64,000 nt of DNA from Azolla caroliniana (Eukaryota; Plantae; Polypodiophyta), in the NCBI GenBank assembly GCA_043228905.1, contig JBHGNT010000020.1:9424001-9488000 (forward strand), given 5' to 3'. The position numbers were made by a program, and so were the translations under genes. Below, in pieces: positions 42,220-53,520 of the stretch. The notes under the pieces were generated by a model that was not told where the DNA came from, did no database searches, and saw only the letters and a program-made list of their open reading frames with translations. Position 1 is the stretch's first letter. Each line of letters opens with the position of its first letter.

Positions 42220-45200
42220 TCACCCGTCGTTGCTCGGATCCTCGTATGTTTCGAGCCGGTCGTCGTCGTCGGTGGCGCGGTCCGGGTCTGGCTCACCTTC
42301 TTGCCGTTTCTTGAATACCTTGACCCTTTTTCCTGCCAATGGCACCACCATCCGTGTCCAGTCGAGCTCCTCGAGATGATACGTGCCGTTGTCAATCGCC
42401 CTTGTTATCGTATAGGGCATGAACCACGTCCTCGCAAACTTACGCACCGTCTTGTGCTGATTGTTGAGGCTACTGTCGTACACCAACACCCAATCACCTT
42501 CCTCAATCCTCCTCGGCCTCAGTCGGTGAACACGGTCGAACCGACCTTTGTTCTTTTCTCGTGCTGCGCGTAGCCTTTCCTTCACCCGCTCCACGTCTTC
42601 CGGTCTTTGTTCGAGTTGCCGGATCCTTGCTGCCAGTAACTCTTCCCGGCTCATCTCGTCCTTCCAGTCCAGCGAGGCCCACGAAGCGATCGTCTTCTCT
42701 GTCGGCATGATTGGCTTCTACCCGTACATCAGCTCCGCTGGCATGAACCCCGTCACCGAAATGTGCGTAGTCTGATCCACCCATAGTGCGTAAGGAAGGA
42801 GTCGCGGTCAACTCCCGACTTGTCCTTCACATGCACGTACTAATGCCTTCACAATAGGCCCGTGGTCGCGTTCCACTTTCCCGTTTGCCTCCGAATTGTA
42901 CGCCGTGGTGAGGGAGAGTTTGACCCCCAATTGGTCAAACAACTCCTCAACTTCCCGCGCGTCTAGCTCCCCCCGATCCGCTACGATCTTCCCAACGCAC
43001 CCGTACCGGCATATCACATCTTCTATTAGAAACCGGCACACGACCGCGGTCGTCTTGTTCTGTAGTGCGCAACCTTCCACTTGATTCGTCAGGTCCTCTC
43101 GGGCCAGCACCAGATACCGCATCTGTCCTACCCCCATTGGCATAGTCACTAAATCCACCATCCATTTGAAGTGGACGGTTGGTGGGTAGGTTGGATGAAG
43201 CTCGTCTCGATGTCGGACTGTAGAGTGCAGCTGGCAACTGTCACAAGTCATCACAAAATGATGCATGTCTCGGTACAGCCCCGATCACCAATACTTGCCC
43301 TTGAGCTTCTCGAACGTAGCCCACGTCCCGCGGTGCCCTGCCCAAGGACTGTCGTGACACGCCATAAGCAATGCTTTCTGCTCGTCTTCCCTCACCACTA
43401 CGCGGAGTGGGGTGCCACTACGCTTCTTTGGATGCCTCCATATGTGCCCTCCTCATAGGAAGAATCGGTACGCCTTCTTCTGCACCCAGTTGGCCTCTTC
43501 TCTAGTCCACGCCGTGTTCGGCGTCATTGTTCGTAGGAACCTTCCTATTTGGAGCCACTCCCTGTCGTATCCGCTCTTGTCGAACTTGTTAAGCGCCGGA
43601 GTGCTCCTCACCCTAGTTGCCACGTTAGCTGACCCGAAGAAGTCCTCATCGACTTCTTCGTCATCCGAAACCATGCCGTCCTCGTCGTTGAACCGCGCCC
43701 TTGAAAGCATATCGGCCATGGCATTATCCCTTCCGGAGATGTGCCGTATCTCCGGGTTCAGGGACTTGATGTACGCGATCCACCTGAGCATTGCCAGGTC
43801 CGGAGTCGCGCATCCGGAAACCATACCCAGAATCGGTAGGTAGTCCGTCTCAATGATCACTTCCGTCCCGATTAGATAGTCCTTGTCAGCCTTGATTGCC
43901 GAAACGATACCCCACAACTCGCGCTTAATTTGGGCGTATCCTTGTTGCCACTCGCTCAATACCTTTGCCCCGAACCGGATCGGGAACCGTACGCCGTCCT
44001 TGTCTTCCTGATTGATCACCCACCCAATCCCGGTTGGGCTCGTGTCCACCGTCACGTAAATGGGGACTTCCTTGCCGTAAACCGCTTTCCGGAGAGCCGG
44101 TGCCGTAGTGAGCGCCTCCTTCAGTCTCCGGACCGACTCCGTGTGCTCCGTCCTCCATTCGAACCGGCGCCCTTTCTTCAATAACCCGTAAAGTGGTTCC
44201 GCGACATGCGCGTAGTGCGGAATCCAGATGTGATAGAACGCACATGCCCCTAGGAACCTTCGGACCTCCGTAACCGACCCACAATCATCCTTCATCGCAG
44301 AGATGGCTTCTACCTTCGCCGGGGATGGCTTCCGGCCGTAAGACCCGCACGGGTGCCCGACTACTAGGATCTCTGGCTGTCTGAAGGTTGACTTTTCCCC
44401 GGAGAAGGTGAGTGCGCGCTCTCGAGTCTTTGTAGCACCTTCTCGCAGTCGCGGATATGGTCCGTCATGAACTTCTGGCAACTGTCCGGCTCGACTGACT
44501 CATCCTTGTCCTCCACCGGACATCCTTTGATTGGGATGTCGTCCAGAAACGACATGTTGATGTCTAGGATGCAGTCCCTCAACACCTTGTTCATCGCATT
44601 CACCATGTGCGCCACCGAGTTCGTCCCCCCTTGCGGTAGGGTACACATCCGAACTAGGCCGAGAGGAGTCCGCATCGTCGTGATATCCCTGCTCTCTACG
44701 ACTAGTTGGAACTGATCGTACCCCGAGTATAGATCCCCGACCGAGTAGATCGACCTCCCTACGAAGGCCTCCGCGAACTCATCGATGGTCGGTCCGATAC
44801 CTGCGTTTCGAATGGTCACCTTGTTGACTGGCTGCAGGTCCTCTATGAAGCGTAGTGTGCCGTTCTTCTTTGGCATGGTAAACCACCGATTCGAATATGG
44901 GGCACTCGATGGTTCGAGGATGCCCATCTCTACCTTCTGTTTTAGCAGCCCCATCAGATCTGGAATGTGAGCTCTAGGCACCGGAATCGGTTTGAGATTC
45001 CACGGTACATGCGGTACCGTGAAGATCACCATTGGTTCTACGATTGTCGGGTCTACGCACCCGATCTCCTCCGGCAAGAATGCGAAGGCTTTCCCATGCC
45101 TTCTGAGCATTCTTCGAAACCGGTCCTCCTACACCGGCAGTAGAAACCCACCCCCACCAACCTTGAGCTCCCGTAGCGTTATGTCGGTGAACCGGTGTCC

Positions 45201-47809
45201 TATGCCGGCCGGATTCCGTAAGCTAGGGTCTGACGCGACCCCTCTCATCCGTTCTTCGTTGCCCTTCGGCAAGGGTGCCGCGACGGGCCTCACCTTCTGG
45301 TCCACAATCTTGTACTTCGTATTTACGTAGGCTGTAAGACCTGGCCTAATATTTTCCCCGAAGTCCACGATGACTTCGTACATCTCCACCGAGCTAACCG
45401 GAATCATCCGGTCTTGGCTAAGGCCCTCATCGACTACACCGCATAGCTCTCCCAAGGTGTCGTCAAATGAGACTGCCTCCACGGTACCGCTAATTTCCTC
45501 ATCAGGGTGGAGAGCCCCACATGACCTGAGCCGCTCTTCCACCTTCTTCTTCTCCCTGTCGCCGATGCTGGTTAATGTACATCCTCCGTTGTCGGAGAGC
45601 CAAAATTTCCTACCTATGGTACAAGTGTGGGGTTCCTCCAGCGTGTCTGAACTATCGCGGCCCCACGCCTTGATAGCCCTATCTAAAATTCCCCTCGGCT
45701 GTCGCGCCGAGAGTTTTGCGATTACGCTCATGATTCGGTCTCACGGTCAGGAATTGGACGGAGTGTCGTCCGTCTTGAATTTTCACGTGCATGTATGCCA
45801 AGCCGTTGTCGAGCACCTTTGTCTCCATGCGTGCTGCCATGATGTACGATTCACCGAGTATCACTGGGTGTGAGGACGTCTCTTGCACAAAAAAGTGTTG
45901 GTCTATCTTGATGTCGCCGATCTTCACACGTACGTTTGGGCACACGCCCCGTGCAGCTCCTCCGTAGCGCGGGTCGTCGCGCGTATCTTCCAGCCGTGTT
46001 CGGTGTTGATCGGCCATTTCCCCTTTTTGTAAAAGTCCATGGACATCAGATTGATCTCGGATCCATGGTCTATTAGTGCCACTACTGGCTCTTGCACATC
46101 CCCGACCCGAACGGGGGTCTCGGTAGTGGCTCTGGCCCAGTGTAACTTAGAATAATGGCTTTCCGCCAACTCGTCCCCCAGGATCGCATCCTCTAAGTGC
46201 GTAGTCTGCACCTCTATGGGCTTCTCCGGTTCCGGTTCCGCGCTTCACCAAGTCCACAATGGAGTCATGGAACTCCTTCTTGGCGATTCCAAGCACCTCC
46301 CTCAACGACAAATCCACTTGCTGTCAAGGATCCGCTCTTCGAGGACCTTCCGTAGGTCCGTCGTTCTTTCTATCTCGGTGCTCAGCCGGTACCCGGTGGG
46401 CTTGGCCTTGTTCGGTATGCCGGAATTGCCGGCGTCACTCCTTTTTGGGCTGAACCGGGTGTCGTACCGTTGCAAGGGACCGGCCCCTCCAGCTTTTCCC
46501 ACACGCTTGTCTTGTACCAGAACCTCGTAGTTCTGGAATGCAGCTTCTACGAAGCCAAACTTTTCTTCGACCGGGTCGTCCCACCTAGTGACCTCTCGGA
46601 TCCGCTGCTCCGCGCGGTTTGCTTCTTCCTTCTTTAACCGGACTCCGGAGAGGCCTTGCAGCACCAGTGGCCAGAACCCGGAGTGGCTTGCCTTCTGTCC
46701 TTCGTTGCCCCCGACCCGGATTCCTACCGACGCCACATAATTCACGGCGTCAGCGTGACACGCGACGGCCTCTTCCGTCAACCTCTTCATTCCGCCACGC
46801 CCGATATTCAATTCCAGGGCTCTCTGAGTCTCGCTGGCGTGCACCCGCCCATTCCAGAGGTATACCGTGTTGGTTTTGAGCACATCTGCGAAATCCGCGC
46901 AGTCTCTCCGGGCATGGTCGACTGCGTTGCACCATATGCATCGCTGACCTGCCGGTGGTCTTGGGTTGCGAGGTTGGTCACTGCTATCCCGCCGTGCTTG
47001 CGCGATCTGGAGGTCGCGCACCATTTCCGTCAACTCCTCCAGCGCCGCTCCTCTGGAGGGACCTTTGACCACGCCGCTTGACGCCGACCCCGTCTCAAGC
47101 CAGTTTCGTGTTTCTTCCTTTCGTGCCGGCGAAGGCTCCTCGAACTGCCTTGCCGGGACGGGCCTCGCTGTCGACGACCCTTCATCACTCCACTCCCGCC
47201 GCTTGTCGAAATGGTTGCAGACTCCTTTGACCACGACCCAGTCAGGCGTGAGCCCTTCGTCGGTCTCCAACAAGAGACCTACCTTTTCCCTGTCCAATGC
47301 GTCAACCGCTTTGACGAACAACAGTACCCGGCTCGAATCGAGCACGATTCAGTCCAACGCTCACAATCGCGCAAACCGCGTTTCGAATTCCCGGAGGAGT
47401 GCCAATGTACTCCTCCCCTTCCCCATGTCATGAAGTTCCGCTTCGACAGTCGAAGTGAGTCGTCGAACCCATACCTTTCGAGGAGACGCTCCCCGAAAAC
47501 CTCCCACGTCTAGCATTCGGCCAACACCTCGAGCACCTTTGCATGGATGTTCGGCGTCACAACTCAAGGGAATTCGGACAACCTCCTGTCTTCAGGGATG
47601 TCTCTCATGATCATCTTGGCCCGATAGGCCTCCAAATAGCTCGTGGGGTTCTTACCACCAAATCGGCCTATGGTGCCGACAATCGATTCTATGGCTCTAT
47701 CGAGGCTACCTGTTCCCTCATGAGCGCTCACTAGTCGGTCAATGGCTACGGCCATAGCTTCAGCAAGCTTGGATACCCTCATCTTCAACTCCTTTGCTGC
47801 CTCCTTCAA
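42220..47809 (-). pseudogene. Gypsy gag-pol with frameshifts and stops
   Basis: Zinc knuckle CIWCNAVDHARRDC, protease LIDHGSEIN, RT (DLYSGYDQF, FLDD), RNase H (VTVDTSPTGIG, NAMADMLSR) and integrase (CDSCQ, WMVDL, VADRGE). Confidence 0.9.
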
Positions 47810-48859
47810 ATCGGGTTCACCAAATTATGTCGTGTTACTACGCTTTCGCGTGTGAAACGAGACAGGACTACGGGGGCCCTGAACCAAGGAACGTGAGAGA
47901 GAGAAAAAGAGCGACGACTGAAACACAGAGAAAGAGAGAGAGACAAACAGAAGATTCGATTATAATGCCAAACAATTACAATCGGCAAGCCGACGACAAA
48001 CCCAGCTCGGGGTTCTACACACACACAGATGTCACACGCCAAACACAGAAACGCAAAGGGACGATTGTCACACCATAACGGTGGCCACATGAGCCGTGGC
48101 GGTAATTATCCTACGGGCCGATACGGGAGGTCCATCCAATGCGAAGGCCATACATCTTATGGAAGCGGCACACGTGCCAACATAAGACAAGAAGTGTATC
48201 CCTATGGCGGCTGTGCAGGAGATCATGCAAGCCATGGCATAAACGACCTTCCGTCTTTCCCTCTCGGCCCTCCTGCTCCTCCTCTCCTCCCCACCCCACC
48301 CCTGCAGACAATTTCAAACATACCCTCTCACTTCCCATATGTGTGTTTAACCCTAATCACGCCCCTCCCCCCCCCTCCTTACCTCCTACAAATTTGATGC
48401 ATGCCCCCCCCTTTATTTTCTATAAACCCCCCTCATACCCCTCCCCCATTTTTTAACCATGCCCCTATGCATTTCCCCCCTAATAACCCCCACAACGTTT
48501 CCCTATTTCCAAACTGTACCCCTCCCCCTTTTCATGCATTTCCTACACATACCCCCCCCCCCCCCCTTCTTTACACATAACTCCCCTTCTACTTCTAGTA
48601 GATTTCAATATTCTACCGCACCCTCTAAATTTCCCCCACACTTATATGAAATCCCTCATAGAAAACAACCTATCCGTACTCACAATAATCGCCCCCTTCC
48701 CACGAAACTACAAACTTTCCCATGTTACAATAATGTTAGGCCAAAAAACGTGTAGCTAGGCGTGCCAAACGGGATAGTAAACAGTTTCGGCACGCCATAC
48801 ATCCCGCGAAACGTCTCTTTTACCTTCTCGATAGACCTACTTCTACTTTAGATACTTTC

Positions 48860-50705
48860 ATGTGGTTAGGACGTCATACATCTAATTTTCCCTTCTCCCC
48901 ATATGTGAAAAAACCCCGTAATAAATTTTGGACACCTCTCCTTAATAAACCTAGAATTAGTAGGATCCACAACCACTCTAATTATTCCCTCTCTAAACAT
49001 GAGACACAACTCCTTAGCCTAGGTTTGAAACACATCCTCCCATCTTCTCCACCACCATCCCCTACCCTACTTAAAGAATTTGATAGCCTAAGCAGGACCC
49101 TTCGACTTAAACATTTTTTTAAAGATGTGGATAATTTGCCCCAAAATCCCTTTAAGCTACCTAACGCTAGTTGGCAACCTCCTACTAAGTACACTCCCCT
49201 AGAAAACATTATATCTAAACACCAAACTATCTTCAGGGACACACTTCATACACTCAAATTAAAACCCACAAGGATTGCACCTCACTCATCACTAGCCTTA
49301 CAATCTCTTAAGAAAAACAACAAAATCATAATCCTACCTGCTGACAAGAATGTTGGAGTGTGTGTTCTTGATAAGGACACGTACTATAACAAAGCTATAG
49401 AACACCTTTCTGATACTAATACATATAAAAAAGTCTCCCACTATCCACTTGAGGAATTATCCTATAGATTGAAAAGCATTGTTAATTACCATCTTGGTAC
49501 CCTATCCAACATAGAAGCCAACTACATACTACATAAACCCTCAAAAGGGTACCAAGTATGCAATGTCTATTTCCTCCCAAAACTCCATAAAAACCCAATA
49601 GGTTTTAGACCTATTTGCTCATACAATAACTCCCTTTTTGAACACATCAAAATGGCTTCACCACCAACTCATGCCTATCCTTCTCCTTCAAAAGCAATAT
49701 TTGAAAGACTCACATTCCCTTGTCCAGGCTTTAGAACATCTCAACCCACTACCTAATAGCTTTATCTTCACCTTTGATGTTGAATCTTTATATCCCAGCA
49801 TACCCCCTAGGTTAGGACTCCAAGCTTTACGAAAAATGATTACCCCACATTTTTCATCTTCTAAAACTAACCTTATCTATACACTTAGCGCACTCACGTT
49901 AGAATATCACTTTCTATCCTTTGATGACATGATCTATCAACAAGTCAAGGGTACAACCATGGGTAGTAATTTTTCTGTAGTTTATGCATGCCTATTCTTA
50001 GCTCACTTAGAGAACTCCCAACCATCACACCCTAATCTTTTTTATTTCACTAAATATATAGATGATGCATTCGGGATATGGACATGTACTAAACCCGAAT
50101 TAGAAAATTACCTCCAGTTCTATAACACCTCCACTAATAATTGCATCGAAATTACCATCACCACTTCTCCCTTTAGATTACCGTTCTTAGATTTATGGAT
50201 TAACCTAAAGAATTCACATTTCTCCTTTAATTGCTACCAAAAGCCCCAAAATGCCTACTAGTATCTCTCATTCTTGTCAGTTCACCCCCTTCACTTAAAA
50301 CGTCATTTTATTATTAATGAACTAAAACGATACCTAATTAGAGAAAGTACACCCTTAGGTTTCCTTCGAATGAAAAAACTATTTTTTAGTAGATTAGTTA
50401 AGAGAGGATATCCCCTTTCTTTTATATTAGAGAATTATAAAAACGTCCCATTTAGCGCTTGGAAATCACTAGTATTTAGTAGAAAACCTAAAAGTACCCT
50501 TATACCTGTCATCTTCAAACTTAGGTATACGAAAGATACCCCTAGATTAGGAATTCACGACATGCTAGAAAACCTCCACGCAGATTTAGCCACACATCCC
50601 CAACTATCCGAACTACTGCGACCCTTCATATGTTGGACTAAGTCGAAGTCCATTCATTCCCTTCTCGTCAAAACTAAATATAAATCCATAAATACTCCCA
50701 CTTAA
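48860..50705 (+). pseudogene. PLE reverse transcriptase copy 1 (frameshift near 49645, TAG at 50259)
   Basis: Motifs LLSLGLKH, IILPADKN, YFLPKLHKNPIGFRPICS, FDVESLYPSIP, QVKGTTMGS, YIDD, LPFLDL, YQKP and RGYP. The ORF ends without a GIY-YIG domain. Confidence 0.88.
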
Positions 50706-50915
50706 TACTATATGCCTTTTATATCCCACCCCTATAATCCCCCGCTTCTTATATCCCACCCCCACACCCACCCCCACCTATCACTTATCATATACATACA
50801 TATAACCCCCCTCTAACCCATTTTCACTAACCAATCCTTTACCTATCACAATTCCCTGTTTCCCTCTCACCTATCATTAAACTCCTATTCTCTCTCTCTC
50901 TCTCTCTCTTCCCCC

Positions 50916-50923
50916 TATATAAA
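50916..50923 (+). promoter_or_regulatory. Putative TATA box of the PLE, repeated in each unit
   Basis: TATATAAA after a (CT)n tract, ~20 nt upstream of the hammerhead fold. Confidence 0.45.
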
Positions 50924-50943
50924 CCTACCCTCTTGTTGTAAAT

Positions 50944-50995
50944 GACCTTGGCACCGATGAGCTCTACCTAGAGCGAAACTAGTTTGCACAAGGTC
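50944..50995 (+). ncRNA. Minimal type I hammerhead ribozyme (copy 1)
   Basis: Stem I GACCTTG-GCA / TGC-A-CAAGGTC; core CCGATGA; stem II GCTCT-acct-AGAGC; GAAA; palindromic mini stem III ACTAGT; GUU cut after 50984. Confidence 0.8.
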
Positions 50996-51228
50996 TTTCT
51001 AATGAAAATTTCTTAAGCTTTTCTTTTTTCTCACTCACTCTTCTCTTCTTCTTTCATCTCATTCTCTCATTCTCTTTTACTCTTGTTCACCTCTAATCCT
51101 ACTCACCTTAGTTTCACTTGCATCATTGCTTTATTTCTTTTCTTACTCTTCCCATATCATCTCAATAGTTGTGGTAGTTCGCTCGCACTCCTGGTCATGA
51201 CGCTACGGTCATAGCAATAATTGTTATC

Positions 51229-52656
51229 TTGGTTCCTATGGAGGGATTATCATCGGAGTTTGGAACCCACAATAGTGATACTTTGACTCGCATCGAATCA
51301 CCATTTAGTGCCGAGTTCCCTCCACAACAGATGATGACTTTTGCAGCGATGGCATCAACTACACCGACACCAACAAAACCTAGAAGCGCCAACAAACGTC
51401 CTAATAAACGACAACGCGCCCCTACATTATCCCCAACTTTCATCAACTCTAATCCTAGTAATGAAAAGGTAAATTCCTCCGACTCATATATGTCCTCACA
51501 CCACTTTGACGACTATAAGCGTAAAGTGGTATCTGAATTTAAACATCTTTATAGGCGCACACAAGAAGCTAAGAATACGTATAAGCGTATCTCTGATCTA
51601 AACTCACATGACATCACCCCTCATAATCTTAGGGTTCACCCACCGAAATTAACAATAGGTCATGAGGAGATCAATTCGAGCTTGCGAACAGAATTTCTAG
51701 CCCTCACAACACAATATCGCAAGGATCTTACAACATGCTATATTCGACATATAGACTTATTCGTCCACGCATTAACCAAAGCCATAGATGATTTTCCTAA
51801 TCAAGTTCGTACCGACATAGTAAAAATAATGGAAACAATGCAAGAACCCCCATTCATACAAGAAGTAACATCACTAGTAGGTCCCGATTCATTCCAAGAT
51901 AGAATGGCACATTGGCAGCAAGAGTTTGCCACAGAAATCCTTAGATCTTGTGATGAAGTAGTAGTTACATATTCTATTACCGTGGCTATTAGAAAGAAGG
52001 CCACTATCGGTAGAGACAAAGCAGAGAGTAGCATGCACAACAATGTTAGAGAAATGGACATAGAGATGAGTGATAATGAAGATTATAATGTTAATAACAG
52101 TCCCTTTACAATTCCAAATTACATTGGGAGTGAAAAACCAAAGAAATCCTCTACAAATTATCCCATTCAAAAACCTAAGCCTAAAGCTAACGCTAACTCT
52201 AACACTAACCCCAACCCCAAACTAAAATCCTCTACAAAGAACCTAAAACCTAATCCCTTTCAAAAATCTAACCCTATTGCTAACCGTAACCGTAACCGTA
52301 ACCATAACCCTACTTTTCCAGCAAAAAGAAATCCTCGATCATTGAACCACCGGAACCTCCTCCCGCAATACATTTGCAACATAACAAATAATCAAGTAAA
52401 TAGAAATCCTCATCAAAACCATTATGGCCCACGAGTCTTACTTTATAACCCTAATCGCCCTTTCTTTAATCCTATCTACAACCCAACTAACCATCTAGGG
52501 CACACGGTTCCCTCATGCGCGGCGGAAGCGACATACCCGCCGAGGGCATCTGTCCAACATCCTCACATCGAACGAAATTCAAACCAATATATTTCAGCCT
52601 CGCACGAGCCACACTCGCGGCCTATACATCACCACCATACCTCGCCGGAATTTTGA
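51229..52656 (+). CDS. PLE ORF1, 475 aa, unknown function (first ATG at 51238)
   Basis: Long uninterrupted ORF upstream of the RT of the next unit. Basic NLS-like NKRPNKRQR, a probably helical core, and an N/P/K-rich C-terminus. Confidence 0.75.
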   Translation: MVPMEGLSSEFGTHNSDTLTRIESPFSAEFPPQQMMTFAAMASTTPTPTKPRSANKRPNKRQRAPTLSPTFINSNPSNEKVNSSDSYMSSHHFDDYKRKVVSEFKHLYRRTQEAKNTYKRISDLNSHDITPHNLRVHPPKLTIGHEEINSSLRTEFLALTTQYRKDLTTCYIRHIDLFVHALTKAIDDFPNQVRTDIVKIMETMQEPPFIQEVTSLVGPDSFQDRMAHWQQEFATEILRSCDEVVVTYSITVAIRKKATIGRDKAESSMHNNVREMDIEMSDNEDYNVNNSPFTIPNYIGSEKPKKSSTNYPIQKPKPKANANSNTNPNPKLKSSTKNLKPNPFQKSNPIANRNRNRNHNPTFPAKRNPRSLNHRNLLPQYICNITNNQVNRNPHQNHYGPRVLLYNPNRPFFNPIYNPTNHLGHTVPSCAAEATYPPRASVQHPHIERNSNQYISASHEPHSRPIHHHHTSPEF

Positions 52657-53520
52657 ATTCGAAGGATACAACAGAGAGCGAAGATCTTACTTCGATATCG
52701 GCTACACGTGCGGCGATGATGGACGATTGTCACACCATACCGGCGGCCACATGAGCCGTGGCGGTAATTATCCTACGGGCCGATACGGGAGGTTCATCCA
52801 ATGCGAAGGCCGTACATCTTATGGAAGCGGCACACGTGCCAACATAAGACAAGAAGTGTATCCCTATGGCGGCTGTGCAGGAGATCATGCAAGCCATGGC
52901 ACGAACGACCTTCCGTCTTTCCCTCTCGGCCCTCCTCCTCCTCCTCTCCTCCCCACCCCACCCCTAGACAATTTCAAACATACCCTCTCACTTCCCATAT
53001 GTGTTTAACCCTAATCACGCCGCACCCCCCCCTCCTTACTTCCTACAAATTTGATGCATGCCCCCCCTTTATTTTCTATAAACCACCCTCATACCCCTCC
53101 CCCATTTTTTAACCATGCCCCTATGCATTTCCCCCCTAATAACCCCCACAACGTTTCCCTATTTCCAAACTGTACCCCTCCCCCTTTTCATGCATTTCCT
53201 ACACATACCCCCCCCCCCCCCCCCCCCTTCTTTACACATAACTCCCCTTCTACTTCTAGTAGATTTCAATATTCTACCGCACCCTCTAAATTTCCCCCAC
53301 ACTTATATGAAATCCCTCATAGAAAACAACCTATCCGTACTCACAATAATCGCCCCCTTCCCACGAAACTACAAACTTTCCCATGTTACAATAATGTTAG
53401 GCCAAAAAACGTGTAGCTAGGCGTGCCAAACGGGATAGTAAACAGTTTCGGCACGCCATACATCCCGCGAAACGTCTCTTTTACCTTCTCGATAGACCTA
53501 CTTCTACTTTAGATACTTTC

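Noticed and set aside
50259-50261. Shared TAG as programmed readthrough or a U-to-C editing site
   Set aside because: A CAG-to-TAG transition is the commonest decay mutation, plant U-to-C editing is organellar, and an independent frameshift also breaks the RT.
48860-50705. Telomerase RT, LINE RT or group II intron maturase
   Set aside because: No TERT T/CP motifs, no APE endonuclease or poly(A) tail, and no YADD. The DK(N), PKLHK and YIDD motifs plus the hammerhead fit a PLE.
52727-53420. N-terminal GIY-YIG endonuclease (Naiad/Chlamys-like) between ORF1 and RT
   Set aside because: By eye there is no GIY/YIG or CxC linker in any frame, and the region is low-complexity and C-rich. An HMM check is still advisable.
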